Source: Bispira polyomma
Lineage: Eukaryota
DNA length: 64,000 nt
Reading direction: 5' to 3'
Assembly (NCBI GenBank): GCA_965649765.1
Contig: OZ287757.1
Location: 30,132,001 to 30,196,000, forward strand
The translations under genes were made by a program, and so were the position numbers. The first letter of the stretch is position 1, and each line of letters opens with the position of its first letter. Shown one piece after another: positions 26,501 through 37,900 of the stretch. The notes beneath the pieces are model-generated. The model saw nothing but the letters and a program-made list of their open reading frames with translations. It searched no databases and had not been told where the DNA came from.

Positions 26501-26538
26501 CTGGATCTTCCACGTTGATAGCTAAAACGTCTCTGCAT
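23527..26538 (-). pseudogene. Gypsy accessory ORF3 (~1000 codons): RS-rich repeats - C2H2-like motif - TatD-family nuclease; two frameshifts and two in-frame stops
   Basis: TatD motifs in order: GDSHFY, FGVHP, GIGEIGID, LVIHCRD, IHRHCY, LGFT, PLDRILLETDSP, NTP. ORFs 25278-25961 and 23850-25079 are in the same frame with readable sequence between them. A 1-nt frameshift lies in the G-run at ~23878. Confidence 0.88.
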
Positions 26539-26560
26539 CTAAAGAAATAAAAAACATTAT
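26539..26560 (-). promoter_or_regulatory. Splice acceptor immediately before the ORF3 ATG
   Basis: Minus strand reads TGTTTTTTATTTCTTTAG|ATGCAG. Confidence 0.7.
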
Positions 26561-26651
26561 TGACTATTCATACGGACAGGCTTCAAAGTTAGTAAGTTCC
26601 GTAACCAAACCTTGACTATTCATGCAAAATAACAAACCAACTTTAACTATC

Positions 26652-29600
26652 TTAAGTAGTATACTCAGACAGGTACTTTGGTCTTCTTTTCTCCCTTCCT
26701 GTCCTAGTAGCTCGAGATGAGTCTTCAGATGCATGAGGTGGTAGCATGGCCGGGGTTGTTACTTCCGAAATAGTTGTTTCTGAGGTAAGAGGTACAGACG
26801 GTTCACCATTCTCTAGAGGTTGTGAATTCTGCTTGGTATCACCATGAGTTTCATTTGAGTACAGCCAATTAATATTTAGATTATCGATATTCTCACCGGA
26901 TTCTGTATCAGGATTTCCATTTTCCAGCAATTTGCTTCTTTTTCGGCTTAACCACAGAGGTATAACCCGATCCCGACAAGGTTTTAACCTGTCATGGTGT
27001 ATTACAAAGGTTTTCTTACGATTGGCGACCCTGAATAAGATTGGAGATAACACCTCAACAACGAGGAATGGTCCCTTCCAAATCTGTTGTAGCTTACTAC
27101 TTTGTCCAATCTTTTTAGCTGAGTCCAACTGATAAACCACATCACCTGGTTCGTAAGTGTTCACCTTCAAACGCAAGTCATAATCCCATTTCTGTCTTTC
27201 CTGCGTTGATTCCAACTTTTCCCTAGAAAACATTTGCACCTTTTGCAGAATAGTTTGTAATTGATGCACATATTCAGCTGGAGTTGACTCCTGTAGCCTG
27301 TCAAATTCTCCCAGCATTAAATCAATGGGCGCCAGAACTTCACGACCAAGCATCATTAGATTCGGTGTAAACCCTGTCTGTCGATTCACAGTAGACCGGA
27401 TTGCCCCAGCTAATTGCTGTAAATGCTGATCCCATGACTGATGACCATCCTGCAGAAAACACCAGATCAATTGCAGAATCGTCCGATTATATCTCTCTAC
27501 CTAACCATTAGAGCAAGGATGATATAGAGTAGTTCTAGTTTTAGCTATTTGCAATAGTTCACAGACAGAAGTGAATAATTTCCCATCAAAATTCATCCCT
27601 CGAATCTTGAGATAAAACCATCAACAACACATTTCGCAACACTCTCAGCTGTTTGATTTGGCAAAGGATAACACTCAAGCCACTTGGTAAACTGACCCAC
27701 TAACATTAAGACATACTGATTACCATTTGCACTCGGAGTAAATGGTCCTAGAATATCCACATGTACTCTCTCCAGTGGAAATCCAGCATGGTACCGTCCT
27801 AAAGCTGCTTTGGCCTTTATGTTAGCCTTTTTGTTTTTGTTACATACCGGACAAAATTTCACATATATTTCAATATCCTTGGTGATCCCATATCACATAA
27901 ATGATTGCTTAACCCTAATTGTGGTTTTCGTCACCCCCATATGTCCAGTTAATGGTAAATCATGATTGTAGGAAATAACTTCCTGTTTCAGTTTTCCTGG
28001 AACCATTAATAACAGTCTATCACCAAATTCTCTCCACCTGTAAAACAACAATCCATCCTGGTACACCAACTGCTTTCTACAGATATAAAAATGTTTAACT
28101 TCAGGACTGCATAGAAATAACTCCTTCTGTTCTAACTCTTTCCCTGAGGTCAACCAGCTGATCAATTTTCCCAGAGAATTATCAGATAGCTGTGCTTCTT
28201 TCAGCTGATCACGAGAATATCCCTGGATCCAAGGAACAGATCTTCCAACGATACCTTTTGCTGTTATGGACTTGACTGCTAACGGCGCTACATCATCAAC
28301 ATCCTCACTGAATCTGGACCACTGTTTATGTGCTCTGCTGCAATATTTACAACCTCCACAAGGCAATGATAATGGATCTAATCGTGCCTTATAACATTCA
28401 CAGAAAAGATAATCATCTGGTATCCTTGACATTCCATCTGCGTTTCCATGCTTAACCCCTGGTCGATGGATAACGGTCATACTGAATTGACTTAACTCCT
28501 CCAACTAACGAGCTAACTGACCCTCTATGTGCCTGAAGCGCAATAACCATGTTAAACTGTTATGATCAGTTCTCACAAAAAAATTTCTAGCAAGCAGATA
28601 ATGTCTATATTGCCTAGTAAATCTGACAACAGCCAACAACTCTTTCCTGGAGATGCAGTACCTCCTCTGCTCAGGAGATAACACATAACTACTATAACAG
28701 ATGACTTTCTCTACTCCCTCCTGCACTTGTGACAATACTGCTCCGATAGCAAACTCAGAGGCATCTGTATCTGGTACAAATGGATCTTCCGAATTTGGAT
28801 AGGCTAATAAAGGAGCTGATGTCAACAGCTGTTTTATAGTTTCAAAAGCTAACTGATGTTCTTTCTCCCACAAGAAACTAGCCTTTGAGCCTGTCAGTTT
28901 ATACAACACAGATGTTAACTTGGAATAATCCTTAATATGTTCTCTGTGATAGTTAACAAATCCTAAGAATTTTTCCATGTCCTTTACAGACTTAGGTATT
29001 GGCCACTTTTGTACTTTGTCAATATTTTCAGGATTTACTGCTACACCTGCAGAACTTACTATCCTACCTAGGAACAAAGTCTCCGTTTGAAACAAAGAAC
29101 ACTTTTTTGGCTTCAATTTCAAATTGTATTTTCTGAACCTAGCGAGAGTCGTTCGTAGATTATTCATAGGATCCTCAAAATCCTTCCCTAAAATTATAAC
29201 ATCATCAAGGTACGACAGCAGCTTATTCCATGTGAGACCACGCAGAACAAATTGTATTACTCTTTGGAAGGTTCCAGGAGCATTACAAAGTCCGAATGCC
29301 ATTCTTTGATGTTCAAACAATCCGAACTTCATTATGAATGCTGTTTTGTGCCGGTCCTTAGGTCTCAATTTGCCAATAACCGCTGGCCATATCGAAAGTA
29401 GAAAAATACATGTTTCCAGACAGCTGATCAAGACACTGAGATATGGAAGGTAATGGAAACAAATCTTTAACAGTTTTTGAATTCAGCGATCTGTAGTCCA
29501 CACAGTACCTCACACTTCCATCCTTCTTCCGAACTAGCACTGGAGCTGATGCCCAATCAGAGGAAGACTCCGATATAACACCAACATCCAGCATGAGCTT

Positions 29601-30734
29601 AAGATTCTCCTCTTCCTCCCCCTCAACTCCAATAGGAGTTCTGCGCATTGGTTGCTTCACTGGACGTTCATTACCGGTATCAATGCAGTGTTTTATCTCT
29701 GCAAAACAACCGAGATCACTGCTCCCATGTGGGAATATATTTTGGAAGTCGATCAATAAGGCTCCTAATCTCTGAACTTGCATTTCATCCAGCTTAACTT
29801 TTGACCTTTCTAACAGTCCTGTTAAATGTTCTGGTACTGTCCTGACAAACTTCTAGACTATCCATAGCTATACTTTTCACTTGAAACTGCTGATCCCCAT
29901 TCCAGGATATAAAATCACACTCAACAGCATACCCTAAAACATGAGTCGGTTTTAAGGTGATACTACTGTCAGTATCATCCACAAGTTGCACAGGAACTTG
30001 TTTATTTCCCTTACATAATGTATATGGCATTAGTAAACCCTTGTTGTTTCCAGTTGATTCAACTATAAAGTCATTCTGGGATGTCAGGGAAGTTTTTGCC
30101 ATAGTTCTTACACACTGTTTGGTGGCACCCTTATTTTTTTATCAAGGAACACCCGACAAGTTTCATAAATACCATTTGACTTGGATTTTATATGATTAAA
30201 CTCTAACACCTCTTCTTTTAAAGTAAAGGTATAATCTATAAAGTTCAATTTTTCCCCGAAATGACACATGAAATCCATACCTATAATGATGGTATCTTTT
30301 ATAGATGCTACAAACAAATCCCAGACATATGAATGTTTTTTGTCAAAAGAAATTACAATCCCCTGAATCAATCATGCCTCAGCACTCATATCCATGCTAA
30401 TACCCTGTAATAGAACCCTTTTAGTTAACTTTGGTTTCTCTGCAAGCTTATCATACAAATCATAGTTTAAAACAGTCACCTCAGACCCAGTGTCTAATAA
30501 GGCCACGGTGTGACATTCATTTACTGTACAATTTACTATGGCACTTAAAGACTCATTTTCCATAGGTAATTTGGCTACCCTTGAATGTCTGGAGCTCTCT
30601 TGGGATTTGTTGCCAATAATTTCACTATAACCAGACAGGTAAGGTGATCCGTCTGCAAATCGAACAGTTTTCTTCCGTGCAGTCTTATTAGATAAAGGCA
30701 GGTGATTCAACCCGCCCTGACCTACTTGTTTAAA
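26652..30734 (-). pseudogene. pol: Gypsy pol (aspartic protease, RT, RNase H, integrase), interrupted
   Basis: LLDTGSEVTVL; WASAPVLVRKKDGSVRYCVDYR; YLDD; TDASEFAIGAVL, KELLAV, TDH; HDLPLTGH...CPVC; VHVDILGP; GPF module (WKGPFLVVE...HHDRLKP). Confidence 0.95.
30695..30734 (-). promoter_or_regulatory. -1 programmed ribosomal frameshift signal (gag-pol)
   Basis: U UUA AAC is in gag phase at 30734-30728, just before the gag stop. A 9-bp stem follows at 30718-30695. The -1 frame is the protease frame. Confidence 0.8.
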
Positions 30735-32215
30735 GAATCAAATCTTCCTCTAGGACTTGTGGAATTACTGTTTTGCACACCTCTGGGAGAACCGCTTCTC
30801 TGTTGTGGCTGAGGTGAATAAGATCTGAACCCCTGTGGCTGAGGTGAATAAGATCTGAACCCCTGATTCGCCTTCTGGTAAGATGGCCTAAGGTCTACAT
30901 TGGTCTCTGTGTTTGTATTGCTGCGCCAGTTTTTGTCATCACTTCTGCTAGGGCTACAGTGAGGTGATTGATTTCTTCTTTTGGGACAATCCCTCACTAA
31001 ATGTGATGTGTCGCCGCATTCAAAACAGGCCATGCCTTTAGGCTTTGAAGAATTTGATTTTGTCATCAAGGCTAACACTTCAGCTATTGAATTCTTCATC
31101 TCTTTTAGACCAATCTCCACAGCTTCCAGACGCTCTGTATGTGGCACTGATGGTTTGGTACCCGACTTGTTCTTAAACTGCAAGTTTCTCACTTTGGCGT
31201 TGCTTATAGAACAAGTCCCCGAACTGTCACTATCAGAACTTGTCTGTAATACCATTTCAAGTTTCTTCACATTGCCTCCACCCTTCTTCCCCAATATAGT
31301 CCTCCGATAGGTAGATGCAGATGCATATAATTTGACAAGAGTATAAGCCTCCTCCAAATTCCGTGGATTTTTGTTACAAACTGCTCTAACTGCTCCCTTG
31401 TCCTTACATCCTTTCAGAAACACTTCCACAAACAGAGAGTTATTGAATTCTTGGTCCCGAATATTTGGATACGCGTCCAGGATCATCTTCTCAAGTTGTG
31501 CCAAATACTTCTCAAGTGTTTCATCTTCATGTTGCTCTGTGGAGAGTAATGCCCATCTGACTGTTGTTGGTGGTTCAACTTTGTTGAAGTTGTGCTCAAA
31601 CTTTGTTTTCAACCAACTAAAGCATTTCAACTTCTCCTTGGGCAGTATGCTGTATTACTCCAGAGCTTCTTTCTTCATAACCATCGGAAAGGTATCTAGC
31701 TTATCAGCTTCTGACCAATTGAATTTGTCAGCTACAGCTTCAAACTGCGCAATAAAACCTCTCCAATATTCCCCGGAAAAAGACATTTTAGGGATCTGCA
31801 TCTTGTTCCTTACTGATGCGGGAGTACTGGTGATACGGGAACTTCTGCTCACTCTGGATGGCTCAGCTGCAATGGATTCACCTTCTGAGTGAGAAAATTG
31901 TAAAGACCCATCACAAGAACTATCCAGATTACACTTGGGAGTTGGTTTCGATGGCAACTTCCTACGCATGGTTGTCTTCTTGCTCTCATTACCAGTGATA
32001 TTTCTGTTATGACCTGATCGGCTTCCACCAGTATATTTTCGGGAATCTGTTTTATTCTCAATGCAGGTCACAATGCGGTTGATATCACTGTCTTCAGGAT
32101 CCTTGGGAAGTATAGAACTCTCAGGCACTTTTTTCTCAACAGGTAATGGCCTTCCAATTGATCCTACAGGCTCACCTGAAACTACTTTCACTGCATGCCC
32201 AGACTGAGGCCCCAC
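30722..32215 (-). pseudogene. gag: Gypsy gag (capsid-like region and CCHC knuckle), one in-frame stop
   Basis: FSGEYWRGFIAQFEAVADKFNW, Q..DETLEKY, FLKGC, CFECGDTSHLVRDC. Confidence 0.9.
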
Positions 32216-32436
32216 TAACTGTGATAATATGGAATCCCCTGCGACTAGTGAAAGATTAAGATCAAGACCAGTCCAGTCCAGTCCAAATCCTTGTCGTCAG
32301 GATACTGTACTGGCAATGGGTAGTCCACATCAAACCGTTGTTTCATTTTGGTAACCCCCTGATTGATGTTTTCCACTGCCCGCTTTGCTTTGCTGTTCAA
32401 ACCTCCCCATTCCAATCTACTTCTGTTATGGAAGAC

Positions 32437-33420
32437 TCAATACTCATTTACCAACTCCTGATTCTGATGATGAAGTTGTGCAATGTTATGTCTTTGACGT
32501 TCACAGTTTTTAAAGTGTGACCTCTGAAATTCATTCTTTTGCCGATTGATTTCATTGAAGTTTCGATAGGATTCCTCTACGCCTATTTCTGCTTCCACTT
32601 TTAACAGTTCTTCTTTCGGCAAAGATTTCTCCTCAGAAGGAGTACTGGCTCCTCCCAGAGTATACTTCAAAGGAGGATTAACTCCCTTTGAAGCATATTT
32701 AGTTGCCTCGACAGGAAATGTAAACATTTGTCCTTCCTGTTTCCCTTGTAATGATTTCGCCCCTAAAAGAGGATTAACTCCTTCAGCAGCAGGTTTTGTT
32801 GCCCCAACAGGAAATGAAAACATACTATCTCTCTGCCTTTCCTGTGATGGTTTCTCATCAAAAAGAGTATTAACCCCTTTTGAAGCACCTGCCTTTGATT
32901 TAACAGGAAGTGAAGATAATTTCTTTTCCTGTTCTTGTACCTGTTTTTCAATCCCGGCAACTTTAAGCTTCCACACACCAACATCCTCCTTGACTTCTTG
33001 GACCTCTTTGCTCAACTGGCCCACATCTCCCTTGAGGAATTCCAAACCTGGCACCACATAATCTTTCAGATCCTTGATCTCTTCTTTCACAGATTTCATA
33101 TCCCCTTTGAAATCTTGCATATCACCATTCATTTGCTTCATTAGATCATACAGTAAATCAAGTCCAACTACTTCCTCTTTCACATCCATTTCCCCTTTTG
33201 AAGGAGAGAACACTACACCACTACTCAGTATATTCTCCTTGACATGCTCTGGTAGCTCCACTGTCTGAAAATCTTCCAGGGACATGAATTCCAGGGACAT
33301 GAATCCCCCGAACTTCGCTCTATGCTCAAGAATCAGTTCAGCTCTACGTGGACCAACATCGTTACTCTCCATCAACTCCGCCATAGTCGCTGTATTGATG
33401 TTCCACCCAGCTTCCACCAT
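32437..33420 (-). CDS. ComEA-like helix-hairpin-helix + coiled-coil ORF (probable N-terminal extension of Gag)
   Basis: WNINTATMAELMESNDVGPRRAELILEHRAKFGGF(MSLEF)MSLEDFQTV matches the HHH_3/ComEA pattern ININTA..EL..L.GIG...A..I...R...G.F.S.EDL..V. Heptad-like repeats follow. Confidence 0.75.
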   Translation of the reverse strand: MVEAGWNINTATMAELMESNDVGPRRAELILEHRAKFGGFMSLEFMSLEDFQTVELPEHVKENILSSGVVFSPSKGEMDVKEEVVGLDLLYDLMKQMNGDMQDFKGDMKSVKEEIKDLKDYVVPGLEFLKGDVGQLSKEVQEVKEDVGVWKLKVAGIEKQVQEQEKKLSSLPVKSKAGASKGVNTLFDEKPSQERQRDSMFSFPVGATKPAAEGVNPLLGAKSLQGKQEGQMFTFPVEATKYASKGVNPPLKYTLGGASTPSEEKSLPKEELLKVEAEIGVEESYRNFNEINRQKNEFQRSHFKNCERQRHNIAQLHHQNQELVNEY

Positions 33421-34440
33421 GTCAAGTTTGTTTCGTTTTTAAAATTCACCTTTGAGGAATTTTAAATCAACAGCCTTGAATAAACAAGCTCTGTAACATG
33501 CAATTGACCTATACCTGTTTAAAACAAGTGAAACTTAGATCGCAATGCACAACATTAACACTTGACTACAATTACAACTAGTTAAAAAGAATAATGAATT
33601 CTTTCAACAGCACTTGATTAAATATATCAATCAATGTAATCAATACCAATCACCATGCAGTCCAAAAACAAGTATCAATGAAGTCCAATACCAAAAATCG
33701 CCCATACAAACTTCAAGTATAATTCACCACAAACTAAAATTTCTAATCTAATTTTCTATCAACTACTGTAGAATTTACGATACATTTGTTTCGGAACAAA
33801 CACAAAAAAAAAAAACAAAAAAAAAAACAATTTCCAAATGAATATTTTCAATTTTATTGATACTTCTTTTCCCAATGTACTTTAATTTATTTGAATTAGC
33901 AAAACATAAACAAACTCTGGATTACTTAATTATATTAGTATTTCAAATATTCATATGCAATAAATATGTAATATCTCAATATTTCCTCAAATTTACTGAT
34001 TAATTTACAACTAGTTTTATTCAAGATTCAAGAAAATTAACTTTACATTTAATGAGATAAATTTAGAAAAAAAAAAAAATAATAATAAAAAGAATATCAA
34101 AATTTACTATATATACACTAAATTTAATATATAATCAAGAAATACAATGCTATATAAATTGTACTGCTTGCAAATAATTTGTAATAGACTGCAATAAAAA
34201 TATTGTCAATAAGCCTAATTATAGCCTAGTCACAGTTGCTATGCACCAAATCATGGTAATTGCCAATCAAAATTACCGCTACATGAACTGCCAGTAAATT
34301 ACTTGAATCTTAATTCAAATACAGTTCCAAATAACAATAACTATACACAAGTAATTTTAAACTGAATTGCACCTTAAAATACTTGCAATTGCAAACAATG
34401 ACAGCTAATACTGGGTACATTCACAAACAAATGGTACCAA

Positions 34441-34761
34441 TATTGTGAATTGCTGCCTACCTGTAATTGTCTGTGGTGACTGTCTCCTTAAAGCAGCTGT
34501 AGTCCACAGTGTCTGTGCCACTGTATGTCACGACTGTCACAGGTGAGGTTCACACAATGTTCGTGTCACTTTATGACACCGATAAACCGTGCACAATGTT
34601 TATTTGTTGTCCCAGTATACAACTGTCTGTATTCAAAATGTCCGCGGTAACTATCACTTCCGGTCTCGTTCATGGCAGTTTCACGGCTAGGCGAACGACG
34701 ACTTTATAACCAGTCTTATTTGTGGCAGATCCACGGCTAGGAAGACGACGACTTTACAACA
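34441..34761 (-). repeat. 5' LTR (321 bp)
   Basis: Direct repeat of 23091-23425. It is followed on the minus strand by T-TGGTACCA at the PBS position. Confidence 0.96.
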
Positions 34762-34910
34762 ATATATCTGTTTTGTTTTGATGTTGAAAAACTCTAAAAG
34801 TCTTTTTTTAAATTGCTCAATTTTTAGCCTCAGATCCAATATTGTGTTTCATTGTAAACTCTTTAAATCAATTTTGAACTACCTTGCAAGGGGTGCTTTA
34901 GCAAGGCTAT

Positions 34911-37900
34911 ATGGCAAACATAGGAAATAGCATTAAGGTGTTATCTGCAAACTGTCAAGGTTTCAGAAGCCCCAAAAAACGGTTAGATGTGATATTATAT
35001 TTAAAAGAAACAAATGCCAACATTGTTTGCAAGACACACATTTGACGGATAAAGATATTGAAGCTATTAAAACGTTATTTAATATTGAAATCTATTTAAA
35101 CGGCAGCAGGACTAATTCTCGTGGTGTGGCAATTCTCCTAAATAATAACTTTGAATATGAAGTACTCTCCTATAGCAAGGACAAAGATGGAAAGCTTTTA
35201 AATCTCTTATTGAAGTTAAGCTGTATGACAATAAATCTGATCACTTTATATGGTCCCAATAATGATAGCCCAGATTTTTTTGACAAACTACATACAGATT
35301 TACAAAATGAAAATGCAGACTATTGTATAATATGTGGTGACTTTAACTTGGTCTAAACCCAGATTTAGACAAGCATAATTATAAAAACATAAATAATCCA
35401 GATGCAAGGCTCTCAGTTTTGAATATGATCAGCGAGGTTGGTCTATGTGACATCTATAGGCAATTTCATCCAGACAGAAAACGTTATACCTGGAGTAAGA
35501 AAACCTAGTTAAACAAGAAACGCTCGATTTTTTTTAGGGTCATCAAGTATTTTAGATATAACAAACAAATGTGACATATAATTAAGCTACAGATCTGATC
35601 ATTCCATTATAGAATTGGAATTTATGCTTAATAAGTTAATAATAGGCAAGGGAATCTGAAAATTCAACAATAATTTATTGGAACACCCTGATTTTTAAAA
35701 TTAATTAATAACATAATTGAGGATGAGAAAGAAAAATATACTCTCCCTATTTATAATCTGGATTTTCTGAAAGAAAATGATTCAAATATTGTCTTTACTA
35801 TTGACATTGGTACTTTGATAGAGAAATTATTCCTCAGAATAAGAGGGGAGACCATAAAGTTTGCTTCTTTTGAGAAGAAAAAGAATATTACAAATGAAAA
35901 GAATTTGATAACAGACATTGAAACTTTAGAATCTAGCGATACTCTGCAAGAAACTAATGCTCAATTCTTACTTGATAAATAAGATGATTTAGAGAAAATT
36001 AGAAAGACAAGAATAAAAGGATAATTAGTTAAAGGATACAATGGCTTCATGAGAGTGAAAAACCTCCTAAATATTTCTGAAATCTCGAAAAAAAAATTAC
36101 TTGAACAATGATTCTTGTATCACTGAACAAGGAGAAAATCAGAAAGACAACAATAAAAGGATAGTTAGTTAAAGCTTGGATACAATGGCTTCATAAGAGT
36201 GAAAAACCTCCTAAATATTTCTGCAATCTTGAAAAAAGTATTACTTAACCAATGATTCTTGTATCACTGAGCAAGGAGAGGTACTGCGCCACATAAGGGA
36301 ATATTATGTAAATCTTTTTAAAAGTAGAAATAATGATCTTAGTGACACAGATTTTGAACAGCTCGGTTTGAACTTCGATAAAACTGTGGGCAACAAAGAT
36401 TTGGGTTTACCTTTGAATGTGGCTGAGGTCGCGTTTATATTGAAAAAAAATGAAACATAATAAAACTCCTAGCATGGATGGGATTACAGCAGAATTTCTA
36501 ACAGTCTTTTGGGGGAAATTAAAATATTTATTACAAGTGCAATAAATTGCTGTTTTAGCAAAGGTTAGTTGTCAAATACACTATGTCGGTGTGTAATAAC
36601 ATGTATGCCAAAACCTAATAAAGATAAGGACTTTGTAAAAAAAATGGCGTTCAATCTCACTTTTGAGTATCTTATATAAATTAGCATCAGGCACAATTTC
36701 AGAAAGACTGAAACCAACATTAAATCACATAATATCCAGCTGTCTAACAGTCTTTATCAAAGGCAGATTTATAAGTGAAAATACAAGGTTGATATATGAT
36801 TTTTTAAATGCTACAGAGTTAAAAAATATCCCCAGCCTCTTGATGTTAAATGATTTTGAAAAGGCCTTTGATTCCCTTTCTTGGAATTTTTTATATAAAG
36901 CTTTGGCCTCTTTTGATTTTAGTAAAAACCTTATCAAATAGATAGAACTATTTAATAAGTATATCACAGCTTTTGTTTTACAATTCGGAGTACTATCAAA
37001 GGAAATACCTGTTGAAAGAGGATGCCGACAAGGTGATCCAATTTCACCCTATTTATTTTTGATAGGTGCAGAAAAATTATCGATGTTAATACAAGTAAAT
37101 CCACATATTAAAGGTATTATGCTAAATAAAACCAAGTTTAAACTCAAACAGTTTGCAGATGACACCACTTCAATGCTTGATGGAAGTCAGTGCTCCTTAC
37201 AAGTAACTTTAAATGTATTAAAAATATATGGAAACATATCTGGTTTATGAATGAATAAAGACAAAACTAATGTCATTCGGATTGATCGGAAAAAAATTTC
37301 AAGGAATAAATTAAAAGTGTCCATAGATTTGAAATGGGGTGAATCTAATTTTAGTTTATTAGGTCTGGAATTTTCGACAAATCTGCAAGAAATCTCAGAA
37401 CATAATTATAGTAAGACACTAGAAAGTATTAAAAAAGAGGTAACTAAATTGAATAGCCGGTATTTAACTCCATTTGGAGAAATAAAAACCAAAATTTTGT
37501 CAAAATGTATCTATCTACTAACAACAGTAGAAAGGTCAAATTCTTTTCTCAAGAAAATTAATTATACTTGATACAAGTTTTTGTGGGATGGTAAACCTGA
37601 TAAGATAAATAGATCTCTATTTTGCTCTGATTATATGCATGGAGGAATAAAAATGATAAATATATATAATTTTGAAAAGGCATTGAAAGTCAGCTGGATT
37701 AGGGAGCTACTATTCCAAACCAACTCTCAATGATATAAACTCATTGATGAAATGTATGGAAATATCAGTCATGCACTAACATCTGGTGGTGGGTGGAGCT
37801 TTAAAATTGTAAACAATATCCAGAATCAATTTTGGAAAAATATTTTCGAAGACTGGATGCTGTTATGCGATAAACAAAGAGTTAATACGAATTCCAAGAT

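Larger units (their letters stand above)
23091..34761 (-). mobile_element. Full-length Gypsy (Ty3) LTR retrotransposon with HhH-Gag, Pol and a TatD accessory ORF
   Basis: Two LTRs, TSD ATAT (23087-23090, 34762-34765), a PPT, and PR-RT-RH-IN domain order. Confidence 0.96.

Noticed and set aside
23527-26538. Envelope gene
   Set aside because: There is no signal peptide, furin/fusion peptide or transmembrane anchor. The motifs are TatD.
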